A DNA stretch of 61,192 bases, filler included, from Jimgerdemannia flammicorona (Eukaryota), in the NCBI GenBank assembly GCA_003990765.1. It is 2 parts of 2 records of this genome, joined end to end, with 100 filler letters (N's around TTAATTAATTAA, not from the genome) between each part and the next. Parts side by side here need not be neighbours in the genome. Positions count along the whole stretch, not along the records: positions 1 to 30,553 come from RBNJ01000440.1; positions 30,654 to 61,192 come from RBNJ01000441.1. One strand, given 5' to 3'. Shown here in pieces: positions 24,323 to 35,237 of this stretch. The notes under the pieces are model-generated. The model was not told the origin of the DNA, did not search any database, and worked only from the letters and a program-made list of their open reading frames with translations. The translations under genes were made by a program, and so were the position numbers. The stretch's first letter is position 1. The number at the start of each line of letters is the position of its first letter.

Positions 24323-24823
24323 CTATAAGTGACAATTACATGATAACACATGACATGTCATTGGTCTAGTTCCATTTTTAGCATTGTTTATTGTTTGTGT
24401 AACATTAGATCATGTGACCGGTACCTTTTCCTGATTGTTACTATATCTGGTTTTTAATGGCCCATTATGTGTATAGATTGATGAAGCCTGATTCAGACCT
24501 TTGTTTGGATTGGAGCAAGGTCCAGGTACTTATGCACCTATTCAATTCCAGAATTCTGGGGTTAGATCCATGTCTTTGTTTACCCGAACTTTGTTTCTCA
24601 AAATGAATAAAGACCACTGCGCATTGCGGTGCTGAGGGTGGGTTGCAGATCTATTATACCTTACTTTGGAAAATACTTTATTCTGCTTGCTTTTGTTCCA
24701 TTATGAATATTCACATAAGATTACTGCTTTGTTTTTGACCTCTTACCACTGACTTTCATATCTACTATAACAGTATCACATCTTGCTCTAAACTATTCCT
24801 CTACTCATTTTATAATATACAAC

Positions 24824-25942
24824 ATGACAGATAACATGAATGTAGATAGCGATGCTGCTATCCCCAAAGCTTCTTTCACTGATTTGGTGAACTTTGATGA
24901 CCTGGCCATCTTCTTGACTGCTTCGCTTGCTGAGATCCCTACTGGCTTCCATGCTGCTTGCTCTGGAGTTCTCCGTACTCTCAAGGTTACCACCATACAT
25001 GAGCACCATGCTGACTTTTTGAGAGCTCAAGTTGCCGATTGGAAGTTTACTCCTTCCAAGAAGGTCTCTGCTGCAATCGCCCTCCTCCCAGAGGAACAGC
25101 GTGCTGCCGCCCTTATTACTGCCTTGGCAGAAGCTAAGCACTACACCACTGCTGCAATCAAGGCTGCTGTCTCCGATCAAGATGCCACTGCCCAGCATGC
25201 TAAGGACTAGCATGCTAAAATCGACAAGGCCATGGGTGGTTCTTCCAATGCCCACAATTTCTTTGGGATATCTGTTGATATCACTCAAGAGGTTAGTAAG
25301 AATATTGCTACCCTCGCTGCCACTGACCAGGCCAAGATGAACTTATTTCTGCTCTGTGGTTTTGACATTGTCATGCGTCAATCTTGCTGTTTTGCCACTG
25401 CCACCGCTACCAAAGCTGCCACTGCTGCTGTCTGCCCGACTGTCCCTGCATCCTCCTCTCTGCAAGATGGGATTTCCACTGCTGCCCACAAAGCCATAGT
25501 TAAAAAGCTTGAGAAGCACCCCGAGATCACTACTCTGGATACCAAACACACATTTGCTTCTGCTGCCACCAGTTCCGCCCGACTGAGAAAGAGTGTCCCC
25601 ACCCCCCAACCCTCTACCGCCATGCCTGTGGGGGCTGCAGGAAAGGCCAAGGTGGTGGATGTGACTTCGGCCTCTGCTGCGCTGAACTGCTGTAGCTGTT
25701 CTGGATGCCTTGATGTGCCTACAAAGATCCACCAGAGTCCTTGCCCCCTAGCCCCTGCTGTGACAGTGGGTTCTGTAAAAGGGGTCAAGCAAGTATGTAA
25801 GGCTTCACCTTCCCCGTCTATTTCTTCTGCTTCTACTGGGACCAGCCACTTGTCAACTTCAAGCCGCTCATCTAAGAGTGCTGCCAGGGTATTTATGCCA
25901 CAGTGCAACAAGTGTACTGCCACCAAACATCATGTTGTCTGA
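24824..25942 (+). pseudogene. PLE ORF1 (~372 codons; helical Ala-rich N-terminus, low-complexity basic C-terminus)
   Basis: Single frame with one TAG (CAG in the other arm); mirrored on the minus strand at ~22500-23616. Confidence 0.8.
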
Positions 25943-27975
25943 TACAATGCTGGTGACATCTGTCCTCTAGCATCAAAAAACTAGAGGTCCCCAGCCCAGA
26001 TGTCTTATATGACTTCCTGCAGCATGGTTTGGCCCCAATGTTCCCATTCCACATGGGGTAGTGGCCTTGATACCAATTGAGGATTTTGCCTTTGTGTCTT
26101 CTCTTTCTGGTTCTTGTTTAAGTCATTTTTCATCCCTCGGTTTCAGATGTTTACCAAGGAGAGCTTTGTTACTGATATACCTCCGCCTTGGCTTACCCCC
26201 GAGCTCACGTATATGTTGAACTTTGGCTCTAAGTTTGTCCTCCCTGGGTCAGTATCGATGAACAGTACTATCAACCTGATTTTGCTGTCGTCATTCCAAC
26301 AATGCCTCGACCTTGCCACCTTCTGGACCTCTATGAGTAATCCTGACAACGTCCCAGAGATCTCTGCCTGAGTGCCATCTAAATGGCAACCACCGCATTG
26401 TATGGAAAATATGCAAATTATACTCCATATGAGTACTGCCTTGAATCAAGCTGTCTAATCCACAATGAATGTATCCAGTGTGCTTATACTGAAGAAGTTC
26501 CGATGCCTTCTTAAAGGAGTCCATACTCATGATGACTTTACAGTCTGTCTTATTGACAAAAATCTGTGGTTCACCATAATTCCACATGCTCTTTATCTTG
26601 ACAGTCTTCAGTCTCTCCTTCACAATCCTGCATATGTGAATGATCCCTCTATGATTGATAATGTTAAGGAATCAGTGAGGTTAGACCTGCTTGGTCTACT
26701 TGAGTTCTGCATCAGTGACAAGGATTGTATGCCGATTTGAGAACACCTTATAGAGCCCAGCAATTACAAGATGCCAGTGTTTCATGCTTTGCCCAAAGTA
26801 CACAAAGGGGCTTGCGTGGCATGGCGTCCTATCATTGGTGCTTTTAACTCTCCCATAACCGAGATTTTGCATTTCCTATCTTGCTTTCTCCACCTATAGT
26901 CAGCCCATCTGTACCATAATATGGGTTATTTGCGTTATTCACCTCTATGTGATATACTTGAACTGCTACAGATGGTTCGATTGGATTATCTTGATATATC
27001 AGATTGTAACTACGTCACTACTGGGAATTTTGCCACCTTCTACACCAGGATCACATTAGATGAGTACATCAACTGCCTTATCTTTTTGTTGACAGTGGCC
27101 TTCCCCCCTGGCTCCTTGCTGCTTGAAGCTATTCTTGGCCTTGTCCACATAGTCATGACCTGTACAACGTTCACATCTACCATCAGTTTCTTCTGCTCTG
27201 TGTCTGGTGTTGCTATGGGGACGAATTGTGCCTCAGACCTTGCCAACCTTGTTGGTTTTACTCATGAGTTGTGCACCTTGCAAGTGTCTGACCATCTGCT
27301 AAGCCAAGCTGTCAAAGCTGGGCTAAAGTATTGATGATTTAATTGTCTTTACGCCCACAATCATGGACTTGGCCATGATTTTTGGTACCATTTATCCCCC
27401 TGCATCATCATATCGAATGAGAAGTCTTGTCTGCCAGACCGTGCCATTACTTAGACCTGGAAATCTGAGTCACACTGTTCCGTATAGGCCACTTTGCCAA
27501 ATTCCCATATAGTACTCAGTTTGTTAACTAGTTGAGCAATCATCCTAGGAAGACACTCTGTCTATGCATTGTGAATGAGGCCCACTGCCTTTCACTACTC
27601 TGCTCATCTCACTGTGATTGGCTTGATGAGTCTCGGTCTTTGGCCAAGTTCCTGGTTCACAGGAAAGGATACCCTGTTGATGTTGTAACCGCTCAGTTGA
27701 GTTTGGTTGATTGGCTTGAGGTCCAAACTTCACTTCTCACCCCTCCCCTTATTTCCCACCCCCCCATTCCCCACTTCACTTTCCCTCCCCCATTGCTTGT
27801 CATTCAATATGACATGGCCCGATGGCTACATCAACAGTCTGACAAGACTCTATATACTGCTTTGCTACATTTTGGTTTCCCTGCGACTGCCTGACAACCT
27901 ATTATCACCTGGAAGAATGGTTTTACCATTCTTAATGCCATTTCAAATACCAGCTTCACTTTAAGTCCTCCTTGA
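25912..27975 (+). pseudogene. PLE reverse transcriptase ORF2
   Basis: PLE-type RT motifs plus thumb region, ending before the pLTR with no endonuclease domain. Mirror copy at ~20255-22528 (-). Confidence 0.88.
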
Positions 27976-28731
27976 AGGCCACACTGCTTATATATGCTAT
28001 GCGATATTTAAAAATGCAAAAAATCACCGGACAACCTTCGGTGTGAGGCTCTAGGCCTGATGCCTGCATACCTACACTCCATGATGCCTGTCTACCTCTG
28101 CTCACTTCTCTTGCTCCAGTGCCAAGGCTCTACTCTGCTCCAGTCATGAGGCTCTAGACCTGATGCCTGCACCTTCGGGTACCGATGATTTTTAGGTTTT
28201 TAAACCTATAAGTGACAATCATGTGATAACACATGACATATCATTGATCTAGTTCCGTTTTTAGCAATGTTTATTATTTGTGTAACATTAGATCATGTGA
28301 CCAGTACCTTTTCCTGATTGTTACTATATCGGGTTTTTAATGGCCCATCATGTGTGTAGATTGATGAAGCCCAATTCAGACCTTTGTTTAGATTGGGGCA
28401 AGGTCCGGGTACTTATACACCTATCCAATTCTGGAATTCTGGGGTTAGGTCTGTGTCTTTGTTTACCTGAACTTTGTTCCTCAAAATGAATAAAGACCAC
28501 CGCATATTGCGGTGCTGAGGGTGGGTTGCAGATCTATTGCACCTTGCTTTGGAAAACACTTTATTCCACTTGCTTTTGTTCCGTTGTGAAAATTCACATA
28601 AGATTATTGCTTCATTTTTGACCTCTTACTCCTGACTTTCATATCTGCTGTAACAGTATCACATCTCGCTCTAAATTATTCCTCTATTATCTACTTGTTT
28701 TATAATAAAAAAAAAAAAAAAAAAAAAAAAA

Positions 28732-28850
28732 TGATATTATCAAAGAAGCCAGCAGCTCCTGGTCTTCACCAGTTGTACTAGCTCTGGAAAAAGGAAGCAA
28801 ACCTGAAGAATTCGCCCCAAGGCTCTGTGTCGACTACAGAAAGCTCAATA
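28732..28850 (+). mobile_element. Short Gypsy RT fragment (Gypsy-1 family)
   Basis: Matches 12888-13003; reads [38 protein letters not shown]. Confidence 0.9.
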
Positions 28851-28870
28851 TACAAGACCAGGTAGATGAA

Positions 28871-30553
28871 GTGTGCACGCCTTTCACTGGTAACATTCAG
28901 GTGACACAAGATTTGGACAACACTTTCTGCGAAGTTTTTGGTGAAAAGCTACTATCAACATGGCGAGCAACGAGCAATCTGGTGGGCAGGTCGGCCAGGG
29001 GGGCAGCCGGGCCTTCGACTGGCAGCAGGTTGGGAGGAAACGAGGAGATGGTTTGGGGATGCCAGGGCCGTCTGTGGTGGGCAGTGGCACTGGAGGTGGA
29101 GGGAGAGGTGGACTGAGGCAGAGAGGTGGGGGGAGGGCGACCTTTGCCGACAAGGTCAGGATGGGGAAGATGGCCACAGGGCTGGATGGTTGGTTGGGAC
29201 TGGGGAAGGCGATGCCGGGTTCAGAAGGAGGGCAGGGAGGATCCCCTATGGGAGCCTCAGTCGGTATGGGGGGAGGGGGAGTAGGGGTTGGAGATGTGAC
29301 TGCTGATGGGGCTGTGACGGGGAATTTGGAAAAAAATCCAGATGTGACGGTGGTTGGCGGATCCAGTCAGAAGGTGGGCACGAGGCCCGGGGACCTGGCC
29401 GATGGAGTGACAGGCATGGTGTCGGCACCATTACTCAAAAAGTCGAGGTCGGAATTCGCAGTCACATTGTGTTTCCGAGGCTTGGCAGTGACTGTGAGGA
29501 TGATCCTGGGGCTGGTGGCGCAGGAGGTGAAGGGGGCAGCTATGGTCAAGTTCATGAAGGGGAAGGAGGGGATTGAGGTTGGGTTTGAAGAAGAGGTGTC
29601 GATGCTGGAGGCTATGGAGAAAGGGGTAGTTGTGGGCGGCGTGGTAGTTCCTATGGCGAGGTGCATGTGCTGGGACCCGAGAGTGGTGCAGTTGACGGTG
29701 CTGGATCTTCCTACGGTGTCGTGGGAGAAGGCTAGGGAGTCGATTGTGGAGGTGGTAAAGGAGTATGGGGATGTCATCGATATTGGGTTCAAAGTCTGGG
29801 AGGGTACGGAACTTAGGACTGGAGATGTTGATGTAAGGGTATGCTTGTTTAGTCGGGAGAATACGGGGAAGGCAAGGGACTGGCCGGCGACGCTGAAGTG
29901 GGGACCAGTTGAGTGCAGGGTCTCTCGGGTGAAAGGGACACTGGAGAAAGAGGAGGATTTGCTGGAGACTCTTGAGGATCTGACGGGTGCTGTCGAGAGG
30001 AGACGATTGGCTTGGAAGGAGTATGAGGCCAAGACAGTGGTGGAAATTGTCGAAGGGAAGAAGATCAGGATGGACCGAGGAACTTGGGAGAAGATGCAGG
30101 GGAGGCGTATTCAGAAGGAGCTGCTGGAGAAATTGGGAGGAGGCGTGGTGGAAGGTGGAGAGGGAGGAAGTGGCGTCGGATCGAGGGAAAGTGACTGGGC
30201 TGGGGAGCCCAGAGTGGATCAAAGGGTGGCCCAAGAGGTCCGTGGGGAAGGAGGGCAGGGCGGCGTGGTGGAGGATGCTGAGATGAGTGTAGAAGTTCAG
30301 CCACAGTATGGGGTCCTGGGAGGAGTCGGAGGTGAGGAGGAGTTTCTTGATGTCCTGGAGGAGGAGTGGGATGAGTCGGGAAGGAGGATCGCAGTGGTGG
30401 ACCCAGTGGTTGGGGGGGAAGGGAGTGCCCAGGGTGCCGAGGCAGTAGTGGAGGAGGAGAAGTGGCTGTGGAAGACTCTGGAAGGGGTGGCGGCTGAGGA
30501 GCTGGGAGGTGAGGACTTCCGGGTTATGAGTGATAGGCACTGGGAGGAAATTC
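28871..30553 (+). mobile_element. LINE family A (L1/Tx1-like), young copy: 5' UTR and ORF1, cut by the assembly gap
   Basis: Open ORF1 from 28960 to the gap, highly similar to 59179-61095; 5' UTR shares tttc..ggtaacattcaggt with 59093. Confidence 0.9.
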
Positions 30554-30653
30554 NNNNNNNNNNNNNNNNNNNNNNNNNNNNNNNNNNNNNNNNNNNNTTA
30601 ATTAATTAANNNNNNNNNNNNNNNNNNNNNNNNNNNNNNNNNNNNNNNNNNNN
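30554..30653. other. Assembly gap with artificial six-frame-stop linker
   Basis: 44 N + TTAATTAATTAA + 44 N = 100 bp. Confidence 0.97.
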
Positions 30654-31029
30654 TTGGGATTTCTAGGCTGCAGTAATAACTCATCTGCCTCCGGGCCCTC
30701 AAGTACCAATATCGTCGCCGCGAAACTGTCCGTAATAACACACGATGATTATCTGGATCGACGACAACGATTGCAGTGGGCCCGTAAATGTATTTATGAT
30801 CGAATGTCAGAGCTCAGACCTCGAACCAGCGGGGAGTAGGAATAGGATCACCTTTTTCAGATTGGCGCCTGTACTCCATCGTCTTCAACACTAGAAAAGT
30901 TTTCCTACCGCGTGATTGGAAATCGCTCGGGCGTCATGCACGCAGACACAATCTCTGTGTATGCACACATCAGTTCCCATTATGACTCATTCAGCGTGAT
31001 CAATCAGCACTCATCAGAAAGCGGCGACT

Positions 31030-31850
31030 TCACGTGCATCGTCGCAGAAGCACATCCGGGTCGCCATCATGGTGAACCTGACTCGGGGTGAACAGCAGCA
31101 GCGGTCCGAGGTCTGAGTAACTTGAGCATCCAATTATTCTTGGAGTTGAATGGCATATTATAAAACCTTGTCGTACCCTGCGGTTTCTTGAGCGGCGGGT
31201 GAAATCTGCCCCGAAAATCGAAGGATCACCGAATCCATTGTATCGCCGTTGATCTTGCATTCCTCCATCGAGAGGTCGAGCGTTGTGACGTCGAATGACG
31301 CTCCATCTGCCATGCTGAATTCATGGTCCACGATGGAGGCGTTGAAAACAATCACTCTGTTCTGCCAGTTCACTGATCCCAAAGTTTCGACCGTTGTCAT
31401 ATAACCATCTTGTTCTTCATCGCGTTCGCAATTATTGTTAGTGCGAGCACTGGATGGCCCTCAGGGACGCCACAATGGCCGGGATCATGTTCACAAGATT
31501 CGCTGACACGACGAGCTCGGGGCATTCACAGTTCACCCATGAACCACATACAATCACGACGACGGCGCCTGTCGATATGGCAGCGATGACGATAATGACG
31601 ATGAATCGCATGACTTCATATCATCCCTGTGTGCTTAACTGAAGAAAGATTGATGATTCTCCCAAATAACGTGTTTTCTCCCGTCTGCAGCACCATCCCT
31701 ACGCCAGACCCGGACACCATATATGTGCCATCAGGGATACATTCTGCGTCTCTAGAATGTTGTTGTCCGTTGCATCCACGGAGCCCTGATTTGCATCCGA
31801 CTCGCCCGTCAGCGTTGCTTGATCGAAATGAAGGTTATTTAAAGCCGTAA
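31030..31850 (-). pseudogene. P-type ATPase (Na+/K+-ATPase-like, type II) pseudogene fragment
   Basis: The minus strand gives DQATLTGES (TGES 31798-31809), GTYMVSGSGVGMVLQTGENTLFGRI, PEG, VETLGSVN-QNR, GDTMDSVILRF, PFNSKN and DGDPDVLLRRCT. Frameshifts and stops are present; the DKTGTLT motif is deleted. Confidence 0.88.
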
Positions 31851-31915
31851 TACATCAACACTAAAATCATGCAACAAAGTTACAACACGATCAGCTGTGA
31901 TATGAAAACTCCAGA

Positions 31916-31997
31916 AGGGAAACCACAAGTGACGGGAAACGGCAAGGGATGGGAAACAGCAAGGGATAGGAAACAGCAAGGGATGGGAAACCGCAAA
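31916..31997. repeat. 17-bp tandem repeat (gggaaacagcaagggat, ~4-5 degenerate units)
   Basis: Visible directly; precedes the purine/AT-rich tract that hosts Gypsy-2. Confidence 0.75.
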
Positions 31998-32286
31998 TGA
32001 CACCACAAGTGATGTAGAAAGAGGAAGAATTAAATGAAAAAGGCAGACATTGCAAATACAAAGGAAAATGAAAAAGAGAAGTAGGAAGAGAAAGAATTAT
32101 TCCAAAGAGCAGATATTATAAATATAAAGCAAAATAAAGCGTGATGTAAGGAAGAGATATAATTAAATGAAAAGAGTAGACATCTTGAATACAAAAGAAA
32201 AGTGAAAAAGTGAAGTAGGAAGAGAAAAATTAAATGTAATACAAAGGTAATTAAAAAGTGATATAGGAAGAGAACATTATAAATAT

Positions 32287-33875
32287 TGTAATGGTAACCC
32301 CAGAATAATGACATCAGTACAGAAGATGGCCTTTCCTTGCAAGCTACCAGATCAGAGCACAAGAAGATTGTATGGCATGTGAGATGAGCAATGATGACCA
32401 ACTGTGAGTCATTGTGACCACAGTATGAGTATCTTGAGGAATATAAACGAAGGATCAAGGAACCACAGTAGCAGCAACCAATAAGACCTACTAATCCCAA
32501 AATATCTCAAAGACTTACTATAAATGAAATGCCTACCACTTGCTAAACCTCAAGATCAAGAAACCACCAAGATACCTCAGTTGAAGAAAGGATGTTCCAA
32601 GACATCAGAAGAGCCATGAGGACCTATACAAGAAGGACTCCTAGTATCAACCTGGGTACTACAGACCCTTATCACTATATCCTCTACTACCATAAAATGG
32701 AAACAAGGATCACCATTGCTACTGAATGCCTCCAAATATAGCAGGAGTATGAAATAGGAAACCTCCTCTGCCAGGAGTTCCCACAGGCCAGCCCACAAGA
32801 GTTACAAGATGCCACTCCAATGGACATATGTGAAGCAAGGACAGCTAAGAAGATCTATCAGATCTTCAGGCATGCACTATGGTCAATTTCCAACTTGGAG
32901 TATTTTAGAGTCTCAGACTTCAGAGATCTGTTATCTCACCATATCAATGTACTAGAAATCAGGGTAGCTACAGAAGTCCAGTCCACTATCACTCTCAATA
33001 GTGATGAAGTAGAAGACTTCTGGCATCCTATCTTTCAGGACAACCCAGACCAATTTCTGCAGGATTGATCTCAGTATTCCAAGGCCCAAGCATCCAGGTT
33101 AGACCTCTCTAAGATCCCACATTTGTTCTCTATTTTATGGAAGGGAACCTCATAAACTGGAGAGCTCCAGATCTCCTTGTTCCTACCACCACCTCTGCTG
33201 AATGTGATAATGTTATTAGAAATGATATCATTCTGTGTGACATATGCAAAGCACACAAAGTATGTGAAACATGTAACCTATATGACCACAATGAATTTAC
33301 AGACCTTATCTCCTTTGAAGACATCCTGACCTCCAATGAGGATGAAGCTCCATGGTCTTAAGCATTCTGCTCTAAGTCTCTAGATGATGTAGAATTGTTC
33401 CAGCACTAGCATTTTGAGGTGATGTAGAATTGTTCCAGCACTAGTATTTTGAGGTGATACAGAATTGTTCCAGCACCAGTATTCTGATGTGATACTGAAT
33501 TATACCAGCACTCTGAACCTGTATAACCACCAGTGCTGACTCTGGAACTGAGTAGTTTTTCCTATCCTGGCATTTTGTTTTAGTTATTGGAATTTATATT
33601 TAGCTTTATATCTTAGCAACCATTGAATTTTATTTTGTATAAATACTCCTCTTATTTCCTTTGAAATAAAGTCAGTTCCAGTTCACTTACATATAATCCT
33701 GTGCAAGCAATCTAAGAGATAACAAGACAGTTTAAAGATAAGAAGTTTGAGGACTATAAGACCTTGGGAAGGCGCTCCAATAAGAACTTACTTATAACAA
33801 ACTTGAGTTAGTCTAAGAGATATACCTTGAAGAGAATCTGATGTATTTAAAAGACTCAGTGACCACTACATGACA
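32287..33875 (+). repeat. Gypsy-2 5' LTR
   Basis: Direct repeat of 45393-46981. Contains an ORF relic, 35-bp tandem repeats (33386-33511), TATAAATA 33638-33645 and AATAAA 33665-33670. Confidence 0.95.
32529..33361 (+). pseudogene. LTR-embedded ORF (~277 codons) with C-terminal Cys/His cluster, 5' LTR copy
   Basis: ORF pieces share a frame apart from one 1-bp deletion near 33060. Most stops are complemented by the 3' LTR copy. Confidence 0.75.
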
Positions 33876-35237
33876 ACTTGGTGCCCATTGGCTGGTGATT
33901 CAAGATGAATCACTCACTTTCAAGCTGAAAAATGAACAACCCCCACAACAACTACTCTGACTACAAGAGTCTCCCCTGTAAGAATTCAAGACAAGATAGA
34001 AATGTATACCCCCACATTCTATAGATATACTACTGAAGAGTCAATCCTGACCTTCATTGAAGACTTTGAACAATTCACTGCCATATGTGCTCTTGGTGTG
34101 GATGCACAATTGGCTCTTCTATCTGTCAGCCTCAGAGGACCTGCCAGAGACAAGTTCAATGTAGTCACTATTGCTGATAATGGTACAGCCAAACTTGCCA
34201 ACATAAAGGCCTTCCTCAGAACAACATATTATACTAAAGAGATCAAGCAAGCTCTCAAGAATCAACTCAATACTATCTGCCAGAGACTCAGTGAAGATCC
34301 CAACTCATTCTATACCTAAATCTGCCTCCAGATTGCCTTGGCTGACTATGATAATGCCATCAAGGAACAAATAGTGGATTCAATCTTATTCAAAGGAGTT
34401 TACCCTGAAATTGCCCTAGCAATTCAGTCTATCTCAGCTACACTGACCCTTGATCAGAAAGTGATCTTTGCACAGACTGCCAGACACTCTACTAAACACT
34501 CAATGGAGAAAATAACTGGCATCAAGATAGAGCCATTGAAGCCAACCAGTATCATACCTGCTATAGTTGTAAACAGACAATCAACCCCACCTACCCCCAA
34601 GACAATCAAAGCTGACAAAGTAGAGGAACTTGTCAAGCAGTTTGCTGAAATGACTGCACACTTGGTAATGTTGTTAGAGAAGTCTGAAGTGCTAATAGGA
34701 GACCAGTACAGAGATTTGTAGCTACTACAGAAGAACACAATATCACATGCTTCAGATATAGAGAAGAAGGCCACTATGTAAAGAATTGCATGACCAAAAC
34801 AAGATGCAAAGTCCAACTAAGCAATGCTAATAGAACTAGATAACAAACCAATGCAGTAGTCATTGAGGAGATTGGTGACACTGATGATGAAGAATACTAT
34901 GAGAAGCTTGAATTCTACCCTGCTACTAAAGGTACCAGAACCCAGTCCAAGCCCTATGACAAGAAGAGCAACAGCAAGCCAGTTGGAAGACCAAAGAAGA
35001 CCCCAACTATCTCTATTCAAAGCAAGACCCAACCTGAGGAGATTGATCAAGATATGGAGTTATATGAAGCTGCCCACCAAATCATTGAAGGCACTACTCT
35101 AGTCTCAGGAGAAAGTGAAAGCAAGAAGGAATAGAAGCTGTGCAAGACCAAGATCCACCAGTATGATATCTACAAGAATCTCAAGGAACAGAAGGTCAAT
35201 GCTACTTTTGGACAACTAGCTGAGATTCCTGCCTTCA

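Larger units (their letters stand above)
24313..28731 (+). mobile_element. Endonuclease-less Penelope-like element (PLE), right arm, ending in poly(A)
   Basis: Partial 5' pLTR 24313-24815, ORF1 24824-25942, RT to ~27975 (LPKVHK..WRPII, GVAMGTNCASDLANL, YLDLEI, SNHP), 3' pLTR ~28005-28706 and poly(A) 28707-28731. Confidence 0.9.

Noticed and set aside
28005..28706. Hammerhead ribozyme in the PLE pseudo-LTR (expected for many PLEs)
   Set aside because: No CTGANGA...GAAA core found by eye; the tgatgaagccc candidate reconstructs to tcgacgaagccc across the four copies. A covariance-model search on the consensus is still warranted.
29367..30540. Long antisense ORFs over LINE ORF1 (also 35421-36257, 59121-60023) and over PLE ORF1
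   Set aside because: Shadow frames caused by compositional skew; no motifs recognised.
30598..30609. TTAATTAATTAA palindrome within Ns
   Set aside because: Artificial scaffold linker. The ORF ending at 30609 and adjacency across the gap are not biological evidence.
33386..33511. 35-bp repeats resembling a CRISPR array
   Set aside because: No unique spacers, no cas genes and a eukaryotic context; these are tandem LTR U3 repeats also present in the 3' LTR.
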